From Mobula hypostoma (lineage: Eukaryota), in assembly GCF_963921235.1 (NCBI RefSeq), contig NC_086097.1, forward strand, positions 75,950,001 through 76,014,000: 64,000 bases of DNA, given 5' to 3'. Below, piece by piece: positions 23,951-36,957 of this stretch. The notes under the pieces are model-generated. The model worked only from the letters and a program-made list of their open reading frames with translations, was not told the origin of the DNA and made no database searches. Positions within the stretch are counted from its first letter, which is position 1, and every line of letters starts with the position of its first letter. A program made the position numbers and the translations under genes.

Positions 23951-25644
23951 TTCCACCTGATTGTTGTTCAAAATTTAGTTAATCCAGACTTATCCAAATT
24001 ACATATTGCTCATTTCTTTTGAAATTTAGATTGACAAAAGTAAGTGAAATCTGTTCACAGCTAAAATCAGCATGCAGTAGATGCCTATGGATAAACCTAA
24101 GGCACACTCAAGAGGGGCCCCATGGCCTGATTTTTCCAGTAATCTAGGAAAATTAAAAGGATATACTGTGCTTGCTCAATGAGATAGAGTCCTCATTGAA
24201 ACTCATTGCCAGTGGCATCTAGGCAAGTACCAAATGAACAGTGAGCGATCAAGAGAAGAGACCCCACATAAAGTTTTTGAGATAATGTTCTGAGTGGCAA
24301 TTGTGATTGGAAAAATGAGTGATGGTTTGAATTGACTGTAATTTAAAGTAACAATACATTAACCTTAATGACAAAGTTCAGTCAGATTCAACGAGGAACT
24401 GATTCCATCAACCTAATCAGATTCTGTTCATTTTGACAACATACCTTTCAGTTTCCTACACAGCTTAGAGGTCTCCCCAGAACAGGTGCTCAGTTCCAAC
24501 AGACAAACTTGATGGTGAAGATTATAGAGACAACCAGGTGTCAAAACGGTAAAATGAGGGTTCATGTGTTCAAGACTGAAGAAATTCTTTCACTCAGAGA
24601 GTGGCAGGTCTTTTCCTTACTCAAGAAGGCTGTGGAAGCTTGGTCACCAGTTATTTTCAAGACAGAGATCGGAAAACATTGGGTTATCAAGAAAATCTAT
24701 AGGTCAGTGGATCATTTTACCTACAAGACCAGCTCAAAATAGATATGGATGCCTGTGAGCTGTTGGACTAACTGCTGGGCTTCAGTTAAGAGCAAAGTTA
24801 ACCAGCATGGCTCCTTTGCCTAAGATTATCACCATCTTCCTTACCCGATACTTTTGTCTTTCCTGGTAGATGCAGGAAAGAAATTACACAATAATTAAAA
24901 GTAGGGAGACAGGAAGAGTCTCCAGATCTGATTGGAAAGCTCTCTAACTCCCTCCCATTGTTTGACAATGACATTGTAATACCGATGTGGAGTATTTTGA
25001 ATCACATAAACTCCTTTACCAAACACCATTTTGAAGAGAATCTCAAGCAGGTAATGGTGGGTAAAACAGAAAACTCTTGGAAGTATTTGGTAGACCTGAC
25101 AGCATCTGTGAAGAAATAAATAAGTGAACGTTTTAGGTTGATTATCTTTCATCAAAAGCTGTTTGTCTTCCATCGGTGCTGCACTATCACCAACATTTTC
25201 CATTTTTAATTTAGCATCTGCAGTTTTTCATTTTGCAATGTTCCTTTAGATCGGGTTTTGGCCTGATGAGCCACCCACTGTCCTACATGTGACTGTATGG
25301 AATGAGCATTGTGAAGCTATCAGGAATTCGAAGTATCTGGCTCAGGAAGATTACAGGCTCTGAAGATGTTGTCAATGACCCTGGATAGACTCTGTCAATA
25401 TTTACTAACAAAATCGCTGCCAGTTTCTAATTCTGTCACTCCCCCTTTCCAGTTTTAGATGGGGGTAATGATGTCTTTCTTCATGATGTCATACTCTGGT
25501 ATGCTGCACTTTCTGTACTTGAAGACTATCCCCAAGAATTAAGAACAGCTGCAGCAGTAAACAATGGCTTCCAGAATCCTACTCTTAAAGAACAGGTCAG
25601 GGATTTCCAGCTCACCCAAAGTCAGCTGCGGATCAATGATTTCT

Positions 25645-26065
25645 AGGCTTATACTCATTGGAATTTAGAAGATTGAGGGGGGATCTTATTGAAATGTATA
25701 AAATCCTAAAGGGATTGGACAGGCTTGGTGCAGGAAGATTGTTCCCAATGTTGGGGAAGTCCAGAACGAGGGGTCACAGTTTGGGGATAAAGGGGAAGCC
25801 TTTTTGGACCGAGATGAGGAAAAACTTCTTCACACAGAGAGTGGTGAATCTGTGGAATTCTCTGCCACAGGAAACAGTTAAGGCCAGTTCATTGGCTATA
25901 TTCAAGAGGGAATTAGATATGGCCCTTGTGGTTAAAGGGATCGGGGGTATGGAGAGAAGACAGGTACAGGGTTCTGAGTTGAATGATCAGCAATGATCAT
26001 ACTGAATGGCGGTGCAGGCTCGAAGGGCCGAATGGCCTACTCCTGCACCTATCTTCTATGTTTCT
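25645..26065 (+). mobile_element. CR1 3' end
   Basis: LEFRRLRGDLIEMYKIL...RKNFFTQRVVNLWNSLP, then 3' UTR GAAGGGCCGAATGGCCTACTCCTGC...CTTCTATGTTTCT. Confidence 0.92.
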
Positions 26066-26465
26066 CACTCACTGTTCTCTAACATCTGATTGATAGCAAG
26101 GCTGAGAGGCTGTGCAGTCAGTGGGTTTTGTATCATGCAGCCAGGTATATAAGGTCGGTTGTCTCTCAGTAAGTAAGGTGGAGAGGACAAAACTGTCTTC
26201 CTTTTTAAAGATGTTCTCATTGACTTCTGCAGCTTTTGGAAATATTAGCATGGCCAGTTTTGACCCTGTTCCATGATGGGGTCACTGGACTCAAAGTCCA
26301 TCTTTGATGCCTTGATGGCAGAAGACAAAACCTAGTGCTTGTACATCTCTTTGTAAAATTCCCCCACATCAAGCCTCATTGGGGTAAGCTTGTATGATTT
26401 TCTACAGCAGTATCATCTCACACCACTTCTGAAGAAGAAGAGCCTCCCTTTATCATGCACAAGAG

Positions 26466-26989
26466 TGTTATGGAGTATTCTGGAATTTTGAGAATATAGC
26501 AGATATCAATTCAAGCAAGAACTGGTCTTCAGTTCTTAATGTAAATTGTAAATTGCAAGCAGTAAATTGAAGTTAAAGGCACACCTTTGCAAATAAACAT
26601 ACTATCCAGGAAGTATAGGCTGGCCCACAGACCAAGGTATATATTTTGCAAAATGGTAACCATGAGATGTTTGGATATGCATCAGCCAATCGTTAAGACA
26701 ATTGCAATTATGTTAATTAGTCTGCATCACTCCAGGCAAAAATGGGTTGCACCATTCTAAACAAATTCAAGGAAGCTTGCAGACTACATCCCCTACTATC
26801 ACTTAGCACTGTAACTATTGAAATTGTATTAAGTCACCTACAGTTACCATTGATCTTAAGGGTATAAAAATGTGAGGTACCTTTGAGTTTGAGAGATTCT
26901 AACAAGAGGATCTCCAGAAGAATGTCTGCTTGTTGTGATGAATAACCAGCTTCAGCGTTGCCCCAGTGACCTTGATCGCGATCACAACA
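26466..26989 (+). mobile_element. Solo LTR of the same family as the 49.5-52 kb provirus
   Basis: TGTTA...ACAACA termini, with reverse-complement similarity along its length to 49513-50224 (e.g. GAATATAGCAGATA, CTTAAGGGTATAAAAATGTG). TATAAAAA at 26863-26870; flanks AAGAG / AAGCG (5-bp TSD, 1 mismatch). Confidence 0.85.
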
Positions 26990-27369
26990 AAGCGCACAAA
27001 AAAAAATCACTCATCTGCACATGAACCAAGTTCTTCGCCAGCTTCATCCATTGTCACCAGACATCTGGAAATTTACACTGGTCCAAGCTGTGTCTGTCTT
27101 TTTGTCGGATATTGGGAACGGTCCTTGCCTCAGTGTCAGACAGGTCTCCTCTCTCAATTGCTTTTCCAGGACATTGGCAACAATCTTGCTGCACCCTCCA
27201 CTTAATATTTTTGCTGCCTGTTTCCACCCTGCTTCATCCTTTACATGGTTTATCTTCAACTCTTCTCGTCTCCTTTTAGATCTTACTGTTTAATTTCAGG
27301 GATGTGTTAGTTTCCATTATCCATTACAAGCCCTCAGGCTGCCACAATTATGTCATTTATACTTCATCT

Positions 27370-27960
27370 ATACAAAGGAATTTGACATGTCTGCTTTTAC
27401 TTTCAACAATTTTTATCAATGCACGATAGAAAGCATCCTGTCTAGATGTCTCATGCTTGGAGTGGTAACTACTGTCTGTGACCACAGGAAACTGCAAAGA
27501 GTGGTGGATGTAGCTCAGCACATCACGGACTCCAGCACTTCTCACCGCTCAAGTAAAGCAGCCAGCATAGTCGAAGAAAAAAATTCATTCCATATGATAT
27601 ACAAGATCTTCACTGTACCACAGTAAATGTGATCATGATAAACCAATTTACCTCTCACACAATGTTTACAAGCAAGAACAAAGTAAAATCCGTGGTAGTT
27701 CAAAGGGGTCACAGTGTTGCCATGCTGAGGTGATGATTAAGGATTTGCTGGTTGGTTCAAGGACTGAATGGCTGTAGGGAAATAGCTACAGCCATTTGGT
27801 TCTTGAACTGGGTGGTGAGGGACTTCAGGCTTCTGTACCTTTTGCCAGAAGGCAGCTGCAAGAAAATGGCAGAGCCTGGAGTGTGGGGGTCTTTGATGAA
27901 AGATGTTGTCTTCTTGAAATACCACCTCATGTAAATACTCCCAATGCAGGCTGGTCCAGG
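27370..27960. mobile_element. Two Rex1/Babar 3' fragments in opposite orientation (27370-27575 +, 27720-27960 -)
   Basis: NFYQCTIESILSRC...HRKLQRVVDVAQHIT on the plus strand; antisense C-terminal segment on the minus strand. Confidence 0.75.
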
Positions 27961-28694
27961 ATAACCGTGAGCTAATTACCTGCAACAGCTCTCAGCAGCA
28001 TTTCACAAATTTAACATATCTCTTTTGTTTCCTCTCCCTCTCCAAATGAGCACAGAGTGAGAGGAGAACTAAGACATCTTACTATTTTACATGATGTCCA
28101 AAAATACAGTATTACATTTTTTTAAAACTTGAATCGTATTATTTTATCCATTGATTAGAAAGCTAAGCTCCATTTAAATGTTGGTAAACAAGTTCTAGGC
28201 TGACATGCTTTTGCATACTATGGAAATTTTCTGTGTGGCATGAATAATATTTCTTCCTTAATCTTTTGCCACTAGATGATCAGTTTAAACTGCTGATTAC
28301 TGTGGCTGCTCGTAATGACCGGTTGATGATTCATAATTGTTATCTCATTTGCCTATGTAATGGCCATAGCAATTCACAAGGAATTAATTGTGGGAAACAT
28401 TTTAGGTGGGATAGAAAAGTAAATAAGTGCTAGCAATATTAATTATGGTACCCATTAGGCTGCCTCTGTAACATCTGTACCTGGACAAATTTAACATAGT
28501 CTGGTTGTCACTAAGTGAGATAACTGCAGACAGTGTATTCAGCTGTAATGCAGCATCGTCATAGGATACTAGCACTTCTAAGTGGTTTCATAGATATGGA
28601 TTGCTAAGTTAAGGAAGATATTTAGGTAAAAGGAAGAAGTAAAGGATTCTCTCAAGCTAACCCACAATACTTTTTGAAATTCTCGTGAAAGAAG

Positions 28695-29330
28695 CAATAG
28701 AACACCATAGATCAGTACAGGACAGGAACAGGTCTTTGGTCTACAATGTTGTACGAAACTAATTAAATATAGATTTGGACCCCAAGATCACTCTGCACAT
28801 CAACATAGTTATAGGTCCAGTAAACACAAGAGATTCTGCAGATGTTGGAAATCTTGAAGACCACACACAAAGAGCTGGAGGATCTCAACAAGTCAGGCAC
28901 TTATGGTAAGGAATAAACCGTCAACATTTTGGTCCTGGTGAAGAGCCTTGGCCAAAAATATCAATTGTTTATTCCTCTCCATAAATGCTGTCTGACCTGC
29001 TGACTTCCTCCAGCACCTTGTGTGTGTGTTCCTGCCAATAACTGTGTATTTTTCTTGATATTCCCAAAGTGCAACACCTCAAGCCTAGCAGGATTAAACT
29101 ACACTTGCCAGTTCTTTGCTCATATTTGCAACCGATCTGTATCCTGCTGGATAATTTGGCAATCCTCTGCACAATCCACAATGCCACCAACCATTGTATC
29201 ATCTGCAAACTTCCTAGCCCGCCCAACTTTCATTGAAGTCATTGGTATGCTAGATGTCACAAACAACAGCGTGCCATTAAGAATCCCAGCAGAATGCCTC
29301 TAATCATGGATCTCCAATTGATGCAAAATG
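28695..29330 (-). mobile_element. CR1 fragments interrupted by a palindromic Penelope-derived insert (about 28820-29028)
   Basis: Antisense of KFADDT..GG..DCAEDCQII (ATCATCTGCAAACTT at about 29200) and a CR1 3' end at about 28700; the insert has the acacacaaa..ctggagga / tcctccagca..tgtgtgtgt arms. Confidence 0.7.
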
Positions 29331-29384
29331 AATCTGACTGAGGCACCATATGTTCAATATAATGAATGACACAAAGAAAGATAT

Positions 29385-29875
29385 GAAAGTAAATTACAAA
29401 GAGAACCTAAAGAGATTTCAAGTGGATGTGGATAGGTTAAACCAGTGGGGAAAAATGGCAAATAGAGTGTCTTTTGTCTTAAGTTTTATAAAACTTGAGC
29501 CTCAACTGGAGTACTGTGTGCAGTCCTGGGCACCACATAATGGGAAGAATATGACAATGTTAGGAAGGATTTAGAAGAGTTTCATTTGTAGTTTGCCTGG
29601 GGTGTACCTCCTCAGTTATGAGGAGAGATCAGCAAAACTTCTTTTTGGAATGGTGGAGGTTAAGAGGGGACATGATTGAGATATATAAAATTATGAGGAG
29701 TATAGATAAGGTAGATTCCAGGAAACATTTTCCTATATCAGAGGTAGACAAAATAAATGGTCATTGATTTGGGATTTAGGGGAGAGAGAGTGTGATCTTG
29801 TTCACCCAGAGAGTGGTGAGTATTTGAAATGTTCTGGTCAAGGGAGTGGTTAAAGCCAGAGTAATGACAGATATT
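29385..29875 (+). mobile_element. Degraded CR1 fragment
   Basis: RFQVDVDRLNQW...PQLEYCVQSWAPH...RLRGDMIEIYKIMR. Confidence 0.8.
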
Positions 29876-30337
29876 CTGAAGTGGATTATTCCACGACTTT
29901 TTTACTGCGGGAAGGTATTGCTCCAAAAACAAGTGTAACATAACAGGCTATATAAAAAAAAACGCTTCATCTTAATGTTACTTCTCTCTCCTTAGGTAGG
30001 TTGCAAACACCAGTGTGTGCATAGTGTGGACAACTACAGCAATCACGATCAATATTCCTTTCCCTTTAACCAGACAATTTCTAGTGAAGATATGGGAAAG
30101 GAACCAGGATTTTTGGGTAACTCCTTCCTCCCCTCACTTATTATCTGGATACCAAGATCAAATATATTGGGGGACAATACTGCAATTCTGATATAGTTAG
30201 AAAGAAAGATAAAGTTGCCATTTATTGGACAATTCAACATCAAGTCCAAAAAGTTGCAACATGCCTAGATGGAAGATGAGGTATCTTTCTCATGTTTGCA
30301 TTGTTCTTTGTACCATGCAGGAGCCACATTCAATTAA

Positions 30338-31290
30338 TCAGAGTAGAACCATAGAACATTGCAGCACAGAAACAGGCCTTTTAGCCCTTCTTGGCTCTGC
30401 CGAACCATTTTGCTGCCTAGTCCCACTGAGCTGCACCTGGACCATATCCCTCCATACACCTCTCATCCATGTACCTGCCCAAGTTTTCTTAAATGTTAAA
30501 AGTGAGCCCGCATTTACCACTTCATCTGGAAGTTCATTCCACATTCTCACCACTCTCTGTGTGAAGAAGCCCCCCCCCCCACTAATGTTCCCTTTAAACT
30601 TTTCCCCATTCACCCTTAACCCATGTCCTCTGGTTTTTTTTCTCCCCTAGCCTCAGTGGAAAAAGCCTGCTTGCATGCACTCTATCTATACCCATCATAA
30701 TTTTATTTGCTCTATCAAATCTCCCCTCATTCTTCTACACTCCAGGGAATAAAGTCCTAACCTATTTAACCTTTCCCTGTAACTCAGTTTCTCAAGTCCC
30801 GGCAACATCCTTGTAAGCTTTCTCTGCACTCTTTGAACCTTATTAATATCCTTCCTGTAATTTGGTGATGAAAACTGCACACAATACTCCAAGTTCGGCC
30901 TCACCAATGCCTTATACAACCTCACCATAACATTCCAACTCTTACCAGCCTATAATTTCCCGGATTACTTTTAGAGCCTTTTTTAAACAACAGAACAACA
31001 TGAGCTATCCTCCAACCCTCCAGTACCTCACCCGTAGATACCGACATTTTAAATATATCTGCCAGGGCCCCTGCAATTTCAACACTAGTCTCCTTCAAGG
31101 TCCAAGGGAATACCCTGTTGGGTCCTGGGGATTTATCTACTCTGATCTGCCTCAAGATAGCAAGCACCTCCTCCTCTTCAATCTGTATAGGTTCCATGAC
31201 CTCACTACTTGTTTGCCTTATTTCCATAGACTCCATGCCAGTTTCCTTAGTAAACACAGATGCAAAAAACCCATTTAAGATCTCCTCCAT
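30338..31290 (-). mobile_element. CR1 with a large internal deletion (junction about 30945)
   Basis: FFASVFTKE...DKSPGP...NPGNYRLV joins directly to MVRLYKALVRPNLEYCVQ, so the RT core is missing; then FFTQRVVRMWNELP and the 3' tail. Confidence 0.9.
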
Positions 31291-31294
31291 TTCT

Positions 31295-31660
31295 TTTGAG
31301 TAGGAGTGGAATGGAGACTTTAAGTGGCAGGCAGAAGGGAGATTAAAGACTGTGGCTGAATGCAGGTGTTCTATTGTAGCGGAGACCACCTTGAAAACCA
31401 CAAATGCAGTACATTAGATTGGGTGCATGTAAATTGCTGTTTCACCTGGAAAGATGGTGTGGATCCCTGAATGGAGGGTAGGGAAAGATATGAGATGATA
31501 AATGTTATATCTCCTATTGTTGCATAGGTAACTACCAAGAAAAAGTGACTTGGTGGTGGTAATGGATGTGAAGAGCAGGGAGTCACGTGGGAGAGATGAA
31601 GTGATTCTTTCAAAATGCTGAAAGAAGATGGTAGGGAAATAAGTATCTACTATTGGGACG
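31295..31660 (-). mobile_element. Penelope-like fragment (region preceding GIY-YIG)
   Basis: SIQGSTPSFQVKQQFTCTQSNV resembles the PLE motif TIQGPKQSFQVRQHFTC.S..V. Confidence 0.65.
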
Positions 31661-33429
31661 ATATTGCTATTTATTACCACATCACTAGAGATCAGGAATT
31701 CTTCAGAGAGCATGATTAAATAAATCATACTGCTCAGTACAAGACCATGTGCTCTACTAAGACAGGAGAATCATATAATATGTACTGATGATCTCATAGG
31801 GACTGCAGCCACAATGAAAACCAACAGTACTTTCATTGCCTCTGAAAGCAATAAGTCTAACAAAACAGTTGCTCTAGTAAATAACACATCTGTAAACTAA
31901 TAATAATCTTCAGAACAATTCAATCTTATTTTTTAATGCAATTTAAGCACCTTCACTGGTGCTTTGTATTTATCATGGAAATCCCCCATGCAGCTTACTT
32001 CACGAAAATGTAATTTTCCATTTCCCTATGGAAACATCCTTTTCAATAAGAGGACAGTGAACCAAATACTCTAACTGCATTTAACAATGTATCATGCACT
32101 GTTCACAATTTTGTGTAAAGTAACTTTTACCACAAACCGAAGAAAACTGACCAAATTAGACACCAGGCTTTCCAATGCAATTTAAGAACTGTGTAATAAA
32201 ATTTTGAAAGACTAAAACAGAAAACAAAAAAAAGGGGTTAAATTCAATGTCAAGACATCTGAAAAAAGAAACACAAAATAAATGAGAGAAAACAGGTCAG
32301 AAAAAAAAAGAAAAAATTATTAAAGGGAGACATTTAAAAACTTCTAAAAATTCAAAATTTGATTCTGCACTTGTAATAGTGTCAGACATGTTAATTTCCA
32401 ATGATCACATCATTAATAGTCTTGTGCTTTATTAATTACTAACACAAAATATTTTTGCAGGGTTTAGTTTGTATATTCTACAATTCAGCAAGCTCATGAA
32501 AATTTCAATAGTGATGCAGGTAGCAAGATGCCATCCACTCAAAGCTAATGTTAGACGGGCACAATTTGGACAGCAAGTTAAACATGTTCATTTCTAATTG
32601 TATATCTTTTTTTCTTACCTAAAGTTGTTGTGCAATTTAAAATTAAGATTTGCCAAAAGCCTCGAAATATTTTGGCCTATTATTTAAGAGGTTGATTCAC
32701 AACGTACCTAATAGTACAGAGTAGAGTTGCAATTGATTTCTAATATGTGGCTGTTAAACAGCTTACTAACTGATTTGAAATACATTTGGAAAATTTTATC
32801 AGCTAGGTTTGAATACCTTTTGTGGTCTTAATGAATTCATCAAAAATCAAGGATAATAATTCAACGTGCTTTGTTACTTGCACTGAAAACATTTGAGAAA
32901 TTACAATAAATTGCTACTTCTAGATTTATAAAAACTAACAACCTGAAATCTATTGAGAGATGTTCATATAATTTATTTCATTATTGAGACCTAATTGACT
33001 TTTTGAATTCTCACTATCCTTAAAATAGAACACTGGAACATATAAAATGTTGGGGGAACATTTATGCAAAGCAGATTGACATTCTCTGCTGTCTGTGTTT
33101 AAGGGTAAACAATTTTATTTAACCTTCCATAATGCACTTCACACAATGAGACAAACTTTCCACTTTATTAATGTAATTGCTTTACCTTGACTTTGTGGGA
33201 GTATCATGCATTATTTAAAGTCGTGCCATCCAGCCCACACAAAAACTAATACCAATGAGTAAAAATAAGAATACTGTAAATCTAGATCTCCAATCAATGT
33301 TGAGCATATTAAGTAACTGAAACATAGGAAATTTTCAATATCTATTTCTTACAGTATCTAAGAGGGGACTCCACATACACAAATCACTGAAAATGATCAT
33401 GCAGGTTCAGCAATCAATTAGGAAAACAA

Positions 33430-35960
33430 ACATCATTGAGTTATATAGCATAAAAATAAAGTCTATGTCAACCAATTTGCCTGCCTGAGCTACTCCCATT
33501 TGGCTCATATCCCTTTAGACGAGGGGTCGCCAACCCATTGATCACGATCAACCGGTCGATCTTTGAGACTTTCCCAGTAGATCCCGAAGAAAAATCAAAA
33601 ATAAATACACAAATACTGTTGTAATGCGAGCATTATAAAAGTAAGTAATACTAATTAGGATAATGGTAATATATCAATATTTTCACTAAAAAGCTGTTTG
33701 TAAAGAGCGATTGTTTCTGGGTTGCGGGGGTTTAGTTCCGTTCTGCCTAGTGCGCATGTGTATAGTTCCCCCGCCATGCACCGTAGCCTGTGCTGCATCA
33801 AAGTGACCAATTAGATTAAGTAACAGTACAGACCGTCGCAAAAATCCATATACGGCAGTGTCCCCAACCTCTGGGCCGCGAAGCATGCAGGGGTGCAGCG
33901 GTAGTCGGGATGCACACAGCACATCTTTAAGAAAAAAAGCCGAAATAAACAAGCTAATTAATGAGGTGAATGTCGGCTCAGATCAGAGGCGACGCAATCG
34001 GTACTCGCTCGTGATACCCTGATATCATGGCGGAGGCTCCACAAAAGACGGCGAAAACGTACAAATTTCATCCAGAGTGGGAAGAGGAATTTCTGTTTAC
34101 CTTGGTGAAAGACAAGTGTGTATTATGTTGTGCCACCAAACACAAGCACTGACTAAAAGAGGGAATCTGGAGCGGCACCGTAACACCAACCACCAGAAAT
34201 TTAAAGACACCTACCCCCCAAATAGCGCAATTCATCCTAGGAAAGTTGAGCTGAAATCTGGGTTGAAGGCCCAGCAATCGTTTTTCACAAAACATGCTGC
34301 TCAAAATAAGGCTGCTATTGAAACATCATTTCATGTAAGTCACCTTTTGGCTAAACACAAGAAGCCTTTTACAGATGACGATTTATTCAAGGAAGCAATG
34401 GTCATTACCGCAGAGACTGTTTTTAATGACTTTAAAAACAAAAATGTCATCACAACCGCAATACATAATATACCGCTTGGCCCTGCAACAGTGACAAGGA
34501 GGGTAGAGTCACTGTCAAGAGGACGTGGATATTTTTCACTACAGTTCGATGACTCCCTGGGTGTAATGCAAACAGCTCAGCTTGTTGTATTTGTCAGAAT
34601 GGCTTTCCAGGATTTTACAACAAAGGAAGACCTCCTCACTCTTTTGCAACTAAAGGAAAGAACGAGAGGTGAGGATATTTACAATGAGCTTAAAAAATAT
34701 GTCCATGAAAATGACATCCTCATTCATAAACTGGTGGCACACACTACTGATGGGGCCGAGCAATGCTTCTTCGGCGTAAAGCATTTCAGCACGAAAGGTT
34801 TCATAGGAACGCTCTACCCTAGCGGGGGAAATACGAGACAGTTGGCAACCCTACACCTCACAGACTGTCTCAGACTGGTTGTCTGTAGTTATGAGCCAAA
34901 TTTCAGGGAACTAGCAGAAAGTATTCAGCCCCAGTCATCACACTGAGTGCAACTGTCAATTTTTATTCATTTATTTTTTGTGTTGAAATAAAATTAAATA
35001 ATGAAACTTAGAATTAAAGGTGTGAAGTATTGTAATATTCTTAAAGAAAGACAGCTATGGCCTGTTTGATATGCTAGTTACAGTGTTTTCTTGTTTGAAT
35101 TAATTTGAAAGTTTGACAAAAGTATTTTGTGTAATTCAAATACAATTCGCCCAAATAAAAGGCCTCAAATTGGAAGTACAATCTGAGCTGTTTTTTCTCT
35201 AAACGATTTAGTAGGTAGATCTTACCTTTCACTGAGGTCGAGGTAGGGGATCTTGGGCTTAAAAAAAGTTGGTGACCACTACTTTAGACCTTTCTTATCC
35301 ATGTTCTGGTTTAACTATTTCTTCTGCCAACTTGTTCCATGTACACACCTCTCAGGGAAAATGCCCCTCAAGTCTCCTTTAAGTTTCCACCCCTTCTCAC
35401 CTTAAACCCATGCCCTCTAACTTTAGAGCCCCCTACTAGAGGGAAAAATACTGTAGCCATTCACTTTATCTATGCCATCATGATTTCAAATATTTCTATA
35501 AGATCACTCCTCAACCTCCTTTGCTCCAGGGGGAAAAAAGCCCAGCCTATCCATTCTCTCATTAAATCTCAAGCCCTCCGGTCCTGGCAAGATCTTTGTG
35601 GATCTTTTCTGCATCCTTTCCAATGTAATGACATCCATTCTATATCTGGGCCTCCGGAAATGCACACAATACTCCAAGTGCAGTCTCAGCAACATCTTGT
35701 ACAATTGTAACACGACATCTCAAATCTTGTACTCAGTGTCCAGACCAACAAAAGCAAGCGTGCAAATACTACCCTCACCATCCTGCCTATGTTGCCACTT
35801 TCAGGGAACTATGTACTTAGACAGTAAATGTCAGGACCCTGAAAGTGTATTGAACAGCACTGTGGTTCAATACTCTTCAGGACCCTGACATTTACTGCCC
35901 AAGTCCTGCTCCGGTTTAACTTCCCAAAATGCAATATTTCACACTTATTCAAGTTAATTT
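33430..35960 (-). mobile_element. CR1 3' portion split by the hAT (33430-33520 and 35282-35960)
   Basis: MLQLYKMLLRLHLEYCVHF...LERMQKR; the CR1 3' sequence catatccctttagac/ctttcttatccatg is continuous across the hAT. Confidence 0.8.
33521..35281 (+). mobile_element. Internally deleted hAT (Buster group, GTF2IRD2/SPIN-like transposase)
   Basis: 8-bp TSD CTTTAGAC (33513-33520 and 35282-35289) and TIRs GAGGGGTCGCCAAC / GTTGGTGACCACTA. The transposase runs from ATG 34027 (MAEAPQKTAKTYKFHPEWEEEFLF..KCV, frameshift, MLCHQ..NLERH) through KPFTDDDLFKEAM, YFSLQFDDS and TTDGA, then jumps to C-terminal LTDCLRL...QPQSSH* (34946). Confidence 0.95.
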
Positions 35961-36887
35961 CAGATAAAAAGACGAAAGAAATGTTGCTCCAAATGTAGCG
36001 GGCTTGGTGAAATCCATTTCTAAAATACAGTCTACTGTCACTCCTCCCTTCATACTTCTGATAGAGTGCAACAAAGGTTCATAAGACTGATTCTTAGAAT
36101 GACAGCTATTGAGTTATACAATAGGCAAACAAGCCTTCAGCCGATGTTGTCTATGTCGACCCAGAAGGCACTGAGCAGAATTACTTCTTATCTTCCAATA
36201 GTTATCCTTCCATTCCTTGTAAAATTAAGTATTTATTAAGATACTTCCTATATGCTATCAGTGACTCTTCTTTCATGTGAAGTCCAATGGCAGAGCACAG
36301 TGACAAATCACTCATTAGCAGCAGGACTTACAATGCATTGGAATGGCTGCTGGTCATAACTTCATCTGGCCCATTATAAATTTTTAAAGTAAAATATAGA
36401 AAATAATTGAATGACAATTAGATTAGTTTTGTACTGACACTGTGTTATGTTATCTGGATCAATTCAGAGAATTTTTAAAAGGACTTTAATGTGCTAGACT
36501 CAGTGATGATTTCTACACAGATTTTTTGTTCAAGGAAGATGAGAACTTCACACATAAAACATAAAATACTGTGAATATTCAGCAGATAAAAGACCTTCAA
36601 CTTGAAGTATTAACCTTGTTTTGCTTTCCAGAGATGATATACGACTTTGGACCATCATTTTATTTTAGATTTCCAGCAGTTGTAGTTTTTTTATTTTTAT
36701 GAGCTTGAAAATTCACACTTTTACAATTGAGTTACAGTGCTTCTAAATTTCTGCACTTTTTATGGATCAAAAATGCTAATTTTGTGAAATTATGCCAATA
36801 TTTTCTTCTGCGGTTAGGATCAAAATATGTACGTATGTAATTTAAATTCATACTGAGGGAGTTAAATGATGCCACATAGTTTCTTTG

Positions 36888-36938
36888 ATATATATAAACT
36901 AATATATAAACTATTATATATTATATATATATATATAA
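36888..36938. repeat. Imperfect (TA)n microsatellite
   Basis: atatatataaact...attatatattatatatatatatata. Confidence 0.8.
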
Positions 36939-36957
36939 TCAGATTTGAAAAAAAAAT

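Noticed and set aside
34077-34946. 289-aa ORF as a domesticated GTF2IRD2/ZBED-like gene
   Set aside because: It lies between TIRs and TSDs, is frameshifted from its ATG, and has lost most of the catalytic domain.
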